This document shows positions 35,803-49,900 of a DNA stretch of 64,000 bases, piece by piece. Position 1 is the stretch's first letter. The number at the start of each line of letters is the position of its first letter. A program made the position numbers and the translations under genes. The notes beneath the pieces were generated by a model. That model was given only the letters and a program-made list of their open reading frames with translations, ran no database searches and was not told the DNA's origin. Source of the stretch: Azolla caroliniana (taxonomy: Eukaryota; Plantae; Polypodiophyta); assembly GCA_043228905.1 (NCBI GenBank), contig JBHGNT010000018.1, positions 9,734,001 through 9,798,000 on the forward strand, read 5' to 3'.

Positions 35803-38800
35803 AATAATTGGAGGAGCTCACCTATTGAAGTGAGATCCAAAAGTTTTTAACTTATGTTTAATATGGCCCATTTAGGGTTTGCCAAGTTCACACTGAACTT
35901 GGCCCAAAAATAACAAAAAAGGTGATGAGTGACTTTTGGCCTTTATGAATAGGCCTATATACATGTACACACTATAAGGGGGTCATTTAGGGCCTTTACC
36001 CCAACAAACCTCTCGCAGTAATGCAGGAGTCCCTCCTGATCGTTATGGTTAACATATCAGCTAGACATAGAGCATTCATTGCATCATTAGACTCTGTCAA
36101 TTTACCCAAGTGTTAGCAGGTTGCTAAAGAAGATCCAAAATGGAAAGCGGCCATGCAAGAAGAACTTGGAGCTCTTGAGAAGAACAAAATTTGGCAGATT
36201 GTGTCACAACCACCAGGAAAGAAGACTCTGTCACTTTACCCAAGTGTTGGCAGGTTGCTAAAGAAGATCCAAAATGGAAAGCGGCCATGCAAGAAGAACT
36301 TGGAGCTCTTGAGAAGAACAAAACTTGGGAGATTGTGTCACTACCACCAGGAAAGAAGGCGGTTGGGTGCAAATGGGTGCCCTAAAGGGAAAAATAGATT
36401 GATACAAGGCACGATTGGTGGCTAAAGGATATAGTCAGACATATGGCATTAACTACGATGAGATCTTTACACTTGTAGCAAAGATGAGCACTGTTAGAAC
36501 GCTTATTTCCTTAGCAGTGAATAAGGATTGGAAGTCAATTAGATGTAAAAAATGCATTCCTTCATGGAGAGTTGATGAAGGAAGTGTACATGGATGTCTC
36601 CCTAGGTTTTGGTACAATTCAAACAGTAGGTAAGGTTTGCAGAGTAAGGAAGTCACTTTATGGACTAAAGCAATCACCTAGAGCCTGGTTCGATAGGTTA
36701 AGAAGGGCTATGGTGGGTATGGGATGCCAACAAACGAATGCAGACCATACAATGTTTTTTCAACAACACAAGGAGCATACTACATTACTTGCTGTGTATG
36801 TGGATGATATAACTATCATGGGTAACAATGAAGGAGAAATTGCACAACTGAAGGTGAAATTGGGTAAAGAGTTTGACGTAAAGGATCTAGGATTTCTACG
36901 ATACTTTCTTGGAATTGAGTTAGCGCGTGGAGTAGGAGTTGTACTATCTCAGTGAAAATATGTATTAGATCTTCTCACAGAAACTAGAATGTTGGGTTGT
37001 AGGCCCGTAGCTTCTCCAATCAACCAAAAGATCAAGCTAACTGAACTTGCAGGAGAGAAAGTTGATTGTGAAAGGTATCAAAGATTGGTAGGTCGGCTGA
37101 TTTATTTGACTCACACCCGTCCAGATATTTCATTTGCAGTGTGGTAAGTCGCAACATGCATGATCCGAGGAAAGATCATATGGATGCAGTGTACCATATT
37201 CTGAGATATCTCAAAGGTGCCCCGAGGAAGGGATTGATCTTTAGAAAACATGGTCATTTTAACATTGATGGCTATTGTGGTTTTGATTGGGCCAGTTGTG
37301 CTGATGATAGGAAATCCACATCAGGATACTGCATGTTTGTTGGGGGCAATCTAGTCTTTTGGAAGAGTAAGAAACAGTCAGTAGTAGCAAGGTCAACAGC
37401 CGAAGCAGAGTATAGAGCTATTGCTGTAGGAGTTGTGGAGATGTTATGGCTGAGAACTCTCCTAGTAGAACTAAAGGTGAATCAAAAAAATCAGATGATG
37501 CTGTGGTGTGACAATAAGTCAGCAATCAGCATTGCCAACAATCCGGTACAGCATGATAGGCCAAGCACATCGAAATTGACAGATTCTTTATCAAGGAGAA
37601 GCTTGATAATGGAATATTAAAATTGAGTCATGTTTCTACTGAACATCAAGTAGCAGATTGTTGTACAAAGGGACTTGGGCCAGTAAGTCTTACTAGATTG
37701 TGTGACAAGATGGGCTTCGTGGATATTTTTTGCCCATCTTGAGGGGGAGTGTTGAATGATTAAAACTTATAATGGCTAGCCCAATGGCTAGTTGCTCCAA
37801 CAGCTAGTTAGCCCAACGGCCAGATCTTGGCCTTTATAAAGAGGAACTTTCTCCTCATGTAAAAATGAGCGATCTTTGTATTTTCTCCCTCCTGTTGTGA
37901 CATACCAATGTATTTTATTGAACAAATGTGCCTTCTCATTTTTCAATTAAAGGTGGCTAAGGATCGGCTGAGAGCTGAGAGTCGGCTAACGGCTAAGAGC
38001 CGTTTAAAGATTGGCTAAGGAGCCAAAAGTGGAAATTATATATACTTATACATAAACATGTATGTATGTATGTATATATATATACATACATATATGCACA
38101 AAGGACGTGTGGTGAGACTCTGTAGAGATTTTAGGGCTTTGCTTGTGCTGTCAAGAAGCGTGCATCTGAAGTTTGCATTGTGGTCCCCCACTTCCCCAAA
38201 AATCAGGTTCTACCGATCTGGTTTTCTTGACTGTTTCTGTGTGTTTCCGTCCACTGAGTGTGACAAAGACTGCTGTTCAAAGGTTGTGGCCTTTGAGATT
38301 TTGGTATTTGCCTAGTGATCTAGGGAGGTTATAAGTGTCTGTACACTCTCTGTTATAGTGAAATTTTGGCACCCTGAGGGTCCCGTGGTTTTTCCCTATT
38401 CAGGGGTTTCCACGTAAAATATTGTGTGTCTCTGTTTTACATTCTGTATTTGTCTTCCTGTCGTTTTGAATCATATTCCTGAGTGGCCTGTTGTAGCTAA
38501 GTGGCCGGCTGACTCCGACCCCAAACACATCAATCACTCTCTACTATCACCTGAGTGGTTCAGGTTTTTGTGTCATCAGCAATGTTTTTGATTCATATAC
38601 CAATCCATTCATATCATCAATTGTCATTATGTTTCACTATCTACAAGCCATCCAAGTGATTCATGTTACACAATCCATCTTCATTAGAATTTAAGACGTT
38701 TGTAAGAACCTTATGAAATGACTTTTTCTATTCATCTTAAATGTTTCATGGATACACATGTTGTACAGCTGTTCATATATATACGTATATATATATGCAG

Positions 38801-41800
38801 AGTTTTAGTTAACTTCACTATGCTCTTGTTAACTAGATTGGTTTTGATACCCATCTTTTACATATAGAGCATACATAACAAATTTTGGTTATTATTATGT
38901 ACCTATTATTACCAAATACAATTGGACTATGGCGAATATCAGGTGGTTGGTATTAAAATAGTTGATGAATTTACTAATGTCAAGGATGATTGGTATTTGT
39001 GTATGGATGAAGCCATACCATTATTTAAATGGGCAATCTACTTGGAAGAGTGCAAGGACTATAAATTAATGCATTTTTTACAATATATATAGAGAGGATA
39101 TCCTGTTGAACACTATTTTAAATTTTGATCATAATTAATATTGATATTGGCAAGTCCATCATGTACCTAGAGCTTTGGTATGCTAATGATTTTGGTTAGA
39201 AGTTTAAAGCTCTTCAATTTTTATTCTACTGTCATTTAGCAGCAGCTGATACAGGAGCACCTGGTGCCTTCGACAAATATATTAAGAGGTTTTCATTATT
39301 CACCATTATTTCTGTCTTACAAACCAAATTAAAAAAATCCTTCATATCAGTGGTGAAAACAAATTATGTATATATTTACTGCTAAGATAAGCTCATTATC
39401 TATCTATTTTTTCAAAAATGCAGAAAAAAGCTCGATCCACTTGATACATACGTCCCTCCCGTGATTCTTACCCAATCTCAATTTCAAGAATTAGGTTTCT
39501 GGTTATGACACTCTGTTGACTGTGTTGTTTTTGCCAATCGTTTGATTAACAAGCAACTTCCTTCTTTGAGTTACTGATGTTTTTTTTAATATATTTCCAG
39601 AAGCAAAGTTATTGTCCGATAATCCAGACTATAGTGGTTTGCGATCTTATTTACGTTCAGGTCCAGCATCATCCCTTCGCACCAATATTAGGGCGGTGAG
39701 TACGTCCAACTGTTGAAATAGATGATCATTGTCTAATTGCTCATTTAGTGAAGCATTAACATAATGATCAATTTGGACCTAGGTATGAATAAATTTCATA
39801 ATCTAATATATGTCCCTAATCCAAAGGCAATGATCTAAAAAAGAAAATTTTGTCTCTTTTCTTGAAAAAGTGATAAAACTTTAGCAAATTTGCCTTCAGA
39901 AGAACTTTTGAAAGGAAACTATATAACAAGCTGAAAGGAAGTAAACATGTAAAAAGAGTTTCATGAGGTTTAGAAATTCATAACATAGAAAATCATCCTA
40001 TGAGAGGCTTCAAAGTGATTAATGTTAAAAAGACACTACATGCTAAAGAACCATGTGAAAGGATTGCCTTTATAACACACCTACTACCAATGCTCAGTCC
40101 CACGCTCATACCCACACCGCCGTCCTGGTCCCACCCCTTTGCAGAGGGTGTTGGATTACATACGTGGCATCTTTCACCAGAGAGAGAGATCACAAATTTC
40201 TTGCAAAGGGAGATCTTGTGGACGTGGACATCAAGGGTATTAGGTTGGAAGGGTTAACACTCATTCAAAATTCGATTTCATTGGATGACAAGGAATGGGT
40301 TGATTTCTGTGCAAGATTCTTGTTGGCTAGCCAAAGAAGGATAACGGCATTTCGAACTAGATTTGGGATTCCTAAAAGTTATGGGCGTGTTTGGTTGAAG
40401 ATTCACGGATTGTCTGCATTGCAAATTGAGATTGTTTGTTTTCTTGATTCTTCACCTCAGGTTGATTGGTCATTCGCAGGACATAAGAGCCCTGTCAGTG
40501 TCAAAACAAATTATGTCTTTCACAAATTAATCCATAGACATGACTGGATGGCAGAGAGGGTTGTGAGAAAATGGGGAATTTGAAAGTCCATCATGTAGTG
40601 ACTAGTGTTGGAGATGGGTTGGGATTCCTATCATGAGCCCATATCAATCCTTGTGGTCTCTTGGTCTTGAGTTTGTTGTAGTTTCTTTTCCATAGTTAAT
40701 TAAGACAAGCAAGAGACTGAGAGAGTGGTATCAGTGTAGTATTTTTCACATACAATATATATAGTTGTGTTTTGACAAAAATAGAAGCATCTTCAGCTTG
40801 CTTGGCTCAACTGCTTGCTTGGTTATGTTTCTGTAGTTTTGTCAGTTCCCTCCAGAATTTCATTATATGTGTTTGGCAAACAAAAATAATAAACGCTAGC
40901 TAGCCTCTGATGCTTTGCCTTTGTCTTTGACAGAAAGTATTTATACGTGTCCATGTGTATTGCATACATATTCAACCCAAATTGTATATTCCACCTAACA
41001 ATATGACATCATTTGGAGTAATTGACTGTATATCTTATTGAAGATTATGGACTCAGGTTGAGTGGTAAAGTACAAGGATATAGAGAGGTCATGGGTTCAG
41101 ACCTAATTAAGTTCAGGATTGGCTGGGATAAGTTTTGACATGCTTGCATAACTCCGTCATGATGTTATTGTATATGAGAGGATGCAACTTCCCAATAAAA
41201 TCTCCTTAAATTTGGGCTTTACAAATTCAGTTTTTCACAACCCAAGGATTGAAAATGTCGATAAAGCAGTACGCCCAGGTATTATTTCCTTTTTTATTTA
41301 ATTAATGAAAATTATTTTACCTGACAGGTGGCACAATATGCATCAGAAGATGGAAATGGCAAAAGTGCTCTTGAAGCTGTGAACCTGTGCATCAGGTAAG
41401 AGGCAAACAAATGAAATGTATATGTATGTAATGTAGATGATGTGGGAAAAACACTCTACTTTTTTGTATTTTGTGAAGTTTTTCTTTTGGTCAATAGCTC
41501 CCTTGAGGATCTTGATGTGCTACTGCAACAAGCATCAAGAAACAACTCATCTGCAACAATCGAGAAAATGAAGAACAAAATTGTCACAGCATCTGGTGCT
41601 TTGACTAGGTAATAAAAAAGTATCACTAGACAATAGGCGTGACTTATTTCATCATACAAGGAAAATTAAAAAGATATCTAAATTCATCTCATACACTCAA
41701 CCATCATTGTCCCCGTTTTACATTTCTAGACGCTAAAATGAGGGATATTAACCATGTAATATCATACTAAAATCCGAGTGAATGATTGCACTCTAAGATA

Positions 41801-41983
41801 TTATTCCAGTTGCTACTTAATATTGTTGATGTTCCCATGTTCAGGTTGCTTTCAACTGTTCCACCTCCAATCTTGGAAAAAAGTAAGGAAATCGTAGCAC
41901 TATACGAGGAGGGGAATGGCAATTCATCTTCGGGATCAGAACAAGTGGATCCCGATGTAAAATTGCTAGAAAGTCTCTTATAA
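32488..41983 (+). CDS. Conserved plastid protein, probable Tat-targeted thylakoid lumen protein; 7 exons: 32488-32692, 39240-39288, 39424-39494, 39601-39695, 41328-41395, 41498-41608, 41845-41983
   Basis: All introns GT-AG and phase-compatible. Spliced product has a Ser-rich transit peptide, GRRNLL twin-Arg motif, hydrophobic stretch and AxA, then FDKYIKRKKLDPLDTYVPPVIL...LRSGPASSLRTNIRAVAQYA...LLESLL*. Confidence 0.85.
35010..35236 (+). pseudogene. E gag N-terminus (close homolog of A gag), cut by an insertion
   Basis: LNSNNYSDWKIKMEDLLIVRDLYEPID...LNRKAVATIRQFVDVSILQHV. Confidence 0.88.
35237..35650 (+). repeat. Probable LTR inserted in E gag
   Basis: Starts TGTCACGG exactly where gag similarity ends; TTCTAGAA arrays; TATAAATA; ends about GATGTCA. 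Confidence 0.5.
36010..37924 (+). mobile_element. 3' fragment of an unrelated Copia (Ale-like): RT, RNase H, PPT and short LTR 37750-37924
   Basis: LPPGKKAVGCKWV, AVYVDD, STSGYCMFVGGNLV, WCDNKSAI; TTGAGGGGGAG then TGTTGAA...TGAACA; internal 134-bp tandem duplication at 36090-36357. Confidence 0.85.
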
Positions 41984-44250
41984 CTAGTATGACGCCCTCA
42001 AATGTTGTACACTACATATCAAGTATTTTCGATGTTATGAGGTCATCGTTTTGTGCCCATAGCTAGTGACATATTTCAGGATAAAATTCTCCAATTCCCA
42101 GTGTCGAATTCGTGACTTAGTTTATCCACACATTCATGCTTGGTGTAGATAAACTAAGGGGTATGTTAATTGTTAATATTCTCAAATTGATTAATTTTTC
42201 CTTCATTGTCGTAATGTATTCTTAAACCATCCAATGAAGCAAATGGAAATCGTAACTTATATGAATTTGACTTATTAAACATCAGACTAATTATGGGTAT
42301 CGAACATCATGTTAGTTATGGGTATCAAACATCTTGCTAATTATTAGAACACATTAGAGTAATTTATTAATGAATCTTTGATGAATTGGTCAATTGTGAT
42401 AATGTGTGTACAATTGGGTAAAGGAGATCATTTAACAATGTGGGTTCAATAGAAATTTATGTTAGTATTTAATTTCGTTCTGTCCAAATCTAGCATTATG
42501 AGCGCTTTGGCCCTAATGATGGTGTGCATATTGATGATGGCTAAAACTGTAACAGCTGTCTATATATTGAAGATGATTCAACAATGTGGGATTCAATAGA
42601 AGTTTATAGTACTCACTTAAATTCTGTCTAAATCTAGCATTTTGATCTCTTTGGCCCTACTGATGGTGTGTATTGACGATGGTTGGAACTGTAACAACTG
42701 TCTATATATTGAAGATGCAAGGTTCTTTGTCTGTGTATTTATGTTAAGAAGAGTGATTAACCCTTGATATCATGCCTGATATGTTTGATATATATGCCCC
42801 TGATAGCAAAAGTTCATGCAAAGAAATCTTTTGCCACATATTGATAAATATGTATGTCGATCACTCTTATGGAAGGAATGTGTGTGTGATGGTGCCAATG
42901 GATCGAGAAAGGTACCAGCAAACTGTTAACAGCAAATTTAAGAGTATTAGAATACCTAGGATATCTCTAATGCTCATGATGTGGCGTGTACTCTACCCTT
43001 CAATATTATGGAGTCTAGAGTGCATACGAGATAGGATGAATGCATATGAGATCCGATCTTTTACAAGTTCGGCAATCAAACCCAAGTTACCAGTAGGAAT
43101 GTTATCGAAAACGAAGTCGGGTGTACATGACATAAATTTAATTCAACCATGTTGTCTATGCTGTCTATGATAGAAATTTGAGGAAATATTTGTTAATAAT
43201 CACCATTAAGTTTGTCATTGACTATCATAAGAGCTGTAAATATATGAAAGCAACAAAATATGAACCATTTATGGAAGGAGTGGAGATGCTGAAAAAGCTA
43301 ATTGGACAATTTGCCAATCATCTCAAAATCTAGGTACTAACAATATTTTGTATGCATTCAAAGTGAGAGATGTTGCGGAATGCGAATAATAGAATATAAG
43401 AAGAGAACTTGAATTACAATGATTTTGTGAGCATCAATGAATTCCATTGACATTGTTGTTATAACTGATTGGTGCCACTATTGCATGAATTCCACGATAA
43501 TCAAACACTACATAAAACCTGTGGTTTAGGGTTTAGTAAGTAATGTTTTGAAGATCACGACAGAAAGTTCTTGTCCTTAAAAATATAATCAACTTGGACT
43601 CTCCAAAAAAACCAACATCGATACCAAAGATTCAAAAGAAACCCATTAGATTTTGATGTGTAGTTTAGATTGATTAAAGATTTGGATTTCCTATTATTGT
43701 TATTGTTAACTAAGGCTGGACTTCACACCGCTAGAAATGGGGGCCTCTATTGATGAAGTCTGGCACATGGTGATCATGATTCATGAAGATGGGGTACTTA
43801 GTGCCAATCGTCATCATATGATGGTGGTGGTGGTTATTAATGATGGTTGCGATGATGATGGTATTATTGGTGACCAACATATTGACTTGGAAACTTGGTG
43901 GGTTTTAGTAAGGGCATAAGTTATAACCTATTGTTGCCTATGTCTTGGGGGTTCAATTCCCCATTGTTTCATATCCTCTCTTTAGTGTCATGTCATGGCC
44001 AAAATTTTATGCCAGTGTCATGTTCCTTTTTTTTTCTTTCTTTGTTATTAGAAATTAGCTCACCCTAGTGGTAAGTTGTTATGCTACTACTGCCTATGTC
44101 ATGTTTTCTTCATATTCTTGAATATACGTTTTATGAGTTTTTGAACATTTGATTATAATTTATAATGACATATTTTGATTCAATCTCTTAGTTCATACTC
44201 ATTTTTTTGTAAAGTTCTAAAGTGAGGAGGATAGAGATGTCTTGATTCTT

Positions 44251-44349
44251 AAGAAGAATCCCAAAGGCATGCATGTGATACAATGCAAATATTGCAACCA
44301 TACTTATGTTGGTGTTTCAAAATGGATTAGAGTCCACTTATTGGGATTG
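44251..44349 (+). pseudogene. BED-type zinc-finger remnant (hAT transposase-like)
   Basis: Manual translation KKNPKGMHVIQCKYCNHTYVGVSKWIRVHLLG. Confidence 0.45.
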
Positions 44350-44744
44350 AGAGTGAATCAATATATAATATAGACCATAGTCAATCCAATCCAACTTTGA
44401 GATGATTTACCATACACATTTGATTGAATCATTCTCTAATACGAATGCACGTATGTTACGTATGGTTCAATGCAACTTAAGGCCATTGATTATGTATAAA
44501 GGATGTGGAATTTGAATCTATGTTAGCATCACATTCAAAGGGTGTGGAGTTTAAATTTATTTTAGCATTATAATAAAAGTGAGTATTCTTTATTTTTTAT
44601 CTTTACTAAAAAGTGGGGTTAATTTGCATTTAATGCAAAATGAGGTGCTTCTTTAGAAAAGGTGGAAAGAGAACTCATTTAAGGGTCCTTTTTGGGATTT
44701 TGGAGTCCACTTTTGGGAGGACAAAAGAACAGGTCATTTGGCTT

Positions 44745-45203
44745 TGTGAAAGTTAATATGCGGAAGCTTAGATAAACTGGCTCAACCTGATAACAATAGC
44801 CAAATAGAGATGAAAGTTTAATGGTAGCTTAAGAATACATAGTACATGAGAGAGACAGAGAGAGCAGAATAACATAAAGCTAAATTCAAAATAATAACAA
44901 CACTATGTACATAGGATGTGCTCAGTAAGAACTTTTTATACAAGTCCACAAGGGACTGACAGAAGTACTCTGTACTTCAATGCTCATACGAGCGGCTGAC
45001 ACTAACTACGAGGACCATGCCTACCTAGTAGTTTAGAAGAGTAGGCCTCTAAACGGCCTACCGGTTCACACTTGAGTCCGGCTCCTGGTCCCGTACCGAT
45101 TTGGTCCATCCGTTCCAGATACTTATTTGGACACCGATCCGGATAAGATTCGGCTCAGGCTTGTTCAGTCGATCCGGAACTGGTTGAACTTGTTTGCTCA
45201 ACG
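44745..45203 (-). repeat. 3' LTR of B'
   Basis: Repeat of 63192-63672; PPT (CTCCCCCTCAAG on plus strand) at 45204-45215. Confidence 0.88.
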
Positions 45204-45532
45204 CTCCCCCTCAAGCTCAACTTGAGGTCGGATCGTGGTGTTAGTGTCTGGGGTAGCCGACTCTTTTGCCTGGCTCCTTTTGGTGTCCTCTCGCCTCGCT
45301 CGCAATCCTCGTCTCGACCCGTTCGGCTCAGCGCTCCTCGACCTCCTCGATCGGCTTGTGTGCTCAACAGGTCCATCTAAGCTCCTTCGCTGCTACAATT
45401 CTAGCACTTGTCAACCTGTCGTCTCCTCCATATCGGCCTCGACTTCCGCTGTCTCCTCGTCTGCTTGGCCTTTAATAGATCCATCTCCTCCGAATCAAAT
45501 TGTTGAACTGAATTGTTTGCCTCCGACTCGTT

Positions 45533-46268
45533 CTAGCTCTTGTCCGAGTTGGTAGTCTCCAACTCGTCTCCTGTTTTTTGGCCCTTCACAACATCGGACC
45601 ATGCCCGGGTCTTGGCCTTTTCCTTCTGGTCAGTTCTGTCTCTCTTGACTCTGCTGTCGTCGCCGCTTACTCCGACTTGTCCGGATGTGCCGACTCCTTT
45701 GGTCGACTCGGCTTCTTTTTTCTTCTTGTCTCCCCCTGTCTTGGTTCTCCCCGTATCGGTATCGGTTCTCCCCCTCAAGTGCGGCATGTCGAGATGCTGT
45801 AAACTGAGCATCTTCGAGAAGTGTTGCAACTTGTCCAATCCGAGCGGCTTGGTGAAGATGTCAGCAACTTGCCAATCCGTTTGAACATACCGAAGTTCAA
45901 CTTCACCGTTCAAGACCTGCTTACGCACAAATTGATAATGTACTTCTATGCGCTTTGTCCGAACATGAAATACGAGGTTCTTAATGAGATGTATGCTGCT
46001 TACTTTGTCACAATAGATCATGATCGGGGTTGGTACCTAGATTCAGAGGTCTTGCAGCAACCTCCGAAGCCAGATGGCTTCACAGGTGGCAATAATAGCG
46101 CCCAGATATTCAGGCCCAGTGCTCGACAGAGCCACTATTGGCTGCTTTTTGCTGCTCCACGCAATAGCCATGCTACCTAGAGAGAACGTGAATCCAGAAG
46201 TGGACCGTCGATCTAACACATCTCCGACCCAATCAACATTTGTATATCCGACTAGCTTTTCAGCTATA
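45533..46268 (-). pseudogene. B' RNase H plus charged tail
   Basis: LVGYTNVDWVGD..STSGFTF..AWSSKKQ; YCDK..RTKRIEVHYQFVR..LDMPHLRGR. Confidence 0.88.
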
Positions 46269-46974
46269 CCGTTGTCGAGGTTTTCCTCGACGATGCGTGG
46301 AATGAGGCGGAACCTCGGGGGTCCTGTACCAAAGAGCAAGAGAGGAAGGAGAAGAGACCCTCTACGTGCGAGCGTAGATCCACAGGGACACGGCCCTTCG
46401 ACGCAAAGACGCAAGTGGGACAGCGACACAGAAAGACACGAATGTATGTATGTATTAACAAAGACAAACAACAAGAACACGAAGACAACAAACCCACGAA
46501 GTCGGTTACAACCGAACAGGCCGACGAACAGATGCCCATGCCTGTTCGTAAACGCACAGAAAGACAGGAGCAGGTTGGAGGTGCTGCCGGAAGCACTCGG
46601 GCATTCCTCAGAGCAACGCGAGCCTCCCGAAACCTGCACAGAAGGGAGCTATGGAGTTTGCGAACCAGAGAGAGAGAAAAGCCTTCGCACGCAAACCGAC
46701 AGCACTTCGTCCTCGACTCTCCGCGATCCCCTTTCTGTTCTCGTCTCCCTCCTTTTTATAGGGAAGGAAGGAGCCGTTTCCCCTTTACTTCCTACCCACT
46801 AAATCTACCCGCCTAGGATCTTCTATGGACAACATTCGAGAAGAGCCGGTTCCTACGCTCCTGTGCACCGATTCCGCTTGTGGACGGTTTTCTTCACGAC
46901 ATCCGCCCCCACCTAACCGCGCATCCACCGGCATGCGCCAAATTGAGTTGGGACGGAGAAAACCGGTCCAGCCT

Positions 46975-49900
46975 TCATTCCCCGCCCGTCGGTTCTTCCT
47001 CGGTTTCGGATCGTTCGTCGTCGCGGTCCAGGCCAATCGGATCCGGCTCGTCGTCGTGACGCTTCTTGAACGCTTTGATCCGCTTCCCCGCTACCGGTAT
47101 CGCCATTCTCGTACCGTCGAGTTCCGCCAGATGGTACGTCCCATTGTCGTTGGCGCTTTGTACCACGTAAGGCCCGAACCACCTTCTTGCGAACTTCCGT
47201 GTCGCTCGGTGCTGGTTGTCGAGGCTGCTGTCGTAGACTAGCACCCAGTTGCCTTCCTCGATCTTCTTCGGTCGGAGCCGGTGCGTTCGGTCGAACCGGG
47301 CTTTGTTCCTCATCCTTGCTTCCCGAAGCTTTTCCGCAGCCTGCTCCACGTCCTCCGGTCTTCGCTCGAGCTGTCGTATACGCGCCGCCAGCAGCTCCTC
47401 CCGGCTCATCTCGTCTCTCCAGTCCACGGTTGCCCATGAGGAGATCGTACGTTCCATCGGCATGATCGGCTTTTGCCCAAACATGAGCTCTACTGGCATG
47501 AATCCAGTTACCGAACTGTGAGTAGTTCAGTCCGCCCACAACGCGTAAGGCAGCAGCCGCGGCCAGTTCCCGACTTGACCTCCGCATGCCCGAACTAACG
47601 CCTTGACGATCGGTCCGTGACCGCGCTCCACCTTCCCATTCGCCTCCAGATTATACGCAGTGGTAAGCGAGAGCTTGACTCCTAGCCGATCGAACAACTC
47701 CTCGGGCTCTTCGGCGTCCAACTCCCTGCGATCAGCCACGATCTTCCCGATGCACCGGTACCGACATATCACGTCCTCGATCAGGAACCGACATACGGCC
47801 GCGGTCGTTTTGTTCTGAAGGGCTCGGCCTTCCATCTGGTTCGTCAGATCTTCCCGAGCCAGGACCAGATACCGCATCTGCCCTACGCCCATCGGCATCG
47901 TCACCAGATCTACCATCCATTTGAAGTGGATGGTCGGAGGGTACGTAGGGTGAAGCTCGTCCCGATGTCGGACTATGAAGTGCATCTGATAGCTCTCGCA
48001 AGTTGTCACGAACCGATGCACGTCCCGGTACAACCCCGACCACCAGTACTTCCCCTTTATCTTCTCGAACGTGGCCCACGTTCCACGGTGTCCAGCCCAA
48101 GGGCTGTCGTGGTAGGGCGTCAGCAGCTCCTCCTGTTCTTCCTTCATCACCACCACCCGGAGCGGGACACCGTTCCTCATCTTCGGGTGCTTCCATAAGT
48201 ATCCGTCCCGGAGAAAGAATCAGTATGCTTTCTTCCGGATCCGGTTTGCCTCGTCACTCGTCCATGACGCATCCGGCGTCATCGTCCTCAAACACCCACC
48301 GATCTGGAGCCACTCGCCGTCGTACTTGCTCTCGTCGAAGTCATTAAGTGCCGGAGTGCTCGTCCCATCGGCCGTTACGTACGCTGCCTCGAAGAAGTCC
48401 ACGCCGACTTCTTCGTCCTCCGAAACCATGCCGCCCTCGTCATCAAACCTTGCCCTCGAAAGCATGTCGGCCATGGCGTTGTCCTTTCCGGAAATGTGCC
48501 GTATTTCCGGGTCCAGGGACTTGATGTACGCTATCCACCGGAGCATCGCCAGGTCCGGTGTCGCGCATCCGGAAACCATGCCGAGAATCGGCAGGCAATC
48601 CGTCTCGATAACCACTTCTGTCCCGATCAGGTAGTCTTTGTCGGCCTTTACTGCCGAAACGATACCCCAGAGTTCGCGTTTAACCTGGGCGTACCCTCGC
48701 TGTCGTTCACTGAGGACCTTCGCGCCGAATCGGATCGGGAACCGAATGCCGTCCCCGTCTTCTTGGTTGACGACCCATCCGATCCCGGTCGGGCTCGTAT
48801 CCACCGTTATGTATACCGGGGTACCCTTCTCGTAGACAGCCTTCCGGAGCGCCGGTGCTGCCGCAAGAGCTTCCTTCAGCTTTCGGACCGACTCCGTGTG
48901 CTCGTCTCTCCACTCGAATTTTCGCCCTTTCTTCAACAACCCGTATAGCGGCTCCGCAACATGGGCGTAATTCGGGATCCATATGTGGTAGAATGCGCAT
49001 GCCTCCAGGAACCTCCGAACTTCCGTAACCGAGCTACAGTCGGTTTTCATCGCGGAAATGGCTTCTACCTTTGCCGGAGACGACTTCCGGCCATATGGTC
49101 CACATAGGTGTCCGACCACCAGGATTTCCGATTGCCCGAAGGCCGATTTCTCCCCGGAGAAGGTGAGCCTCGCATCCTCTAGCCTTTGTAGCACCTTCTC
49201 GCAGTCGCCGATGTGTGTTGCCACGAATCGCCGGCATCCGTCCGGCCCGACTGTCTCGTCCTTCTCTTCCACCGGGCACCCTTTGATAGGGATGTCGTCT
49301 AGAAATGGCATGGTGATGTCCGGGATGCAATCCCTCAGTACCTTGTTCATTGCATTCACCATGTGGGCCACCGAGTTGGTCCCTCCTTGTGGCAGGGTAC
49401 ACATTCGCACTAGGCCGAGGGGAGTTCGCATCGTCATAATGTCTCTGCTCTCCACGGCTAGCTGGAACTGGTCGTACCCCGAGGACAGATCACCGACCGA
49501 GTAAATCGACCTTCCAGCGAAGGCCTCCACGAACTCGTCTATGGTCGGTCCAATTCCTGCGTTCCGAATGGTCACTCTGTTGACCGGTTGCAGGTCCTGA
49601 ATGAAGCGCAATGTTCCGTTTTTCTTTGGTACGGTAAACCATTGGTTCGAGTATGGCGCGCTCGACAGTTCGAGAATACCCATATCGACTTTCTGCCTCA
49701 GTAGCTCCATCAACTCCGGGATGTGAGCTCTTGGTACCGGAATCGGCTTGAGATTCCACGGCACATGCGGTACCGTGAATATCACCATCGGCTCCACGGT
49801 TGTCGGGTCTACGCACCCGATCTCTTCCGGCGAGAATGCGAAGGCTTTCCCATGCCTTCCAAGCATTCTCCGAAACCGGTCTTCCTCCGCCGGCAGTAGG

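Larger units (their letters stand above)
34306..38532 (+). mobile_element. Composite, decayed Copia element 'E' in intron 1
   Basis: 5' LTR 34306-34985; PBS TGGTATCAGAGC at 34989-35000; gag start 35010; 5'-truncated 3' LTR ~37951-38532; TSD ATCAT (34301-34305) versus ATCAC (38533-38537). Confidence 0.82.

Noticed and set aside
40164-40583. 139-aa ORF in intron 4 of the plastid-protein gene
   Set aside because: No recognisable domain or splice support; gene model is complete without it
42772-43919. Short ORFs in AT-rich intergenic DNA
   Set aside because: No motifs, codon bias or exon structure
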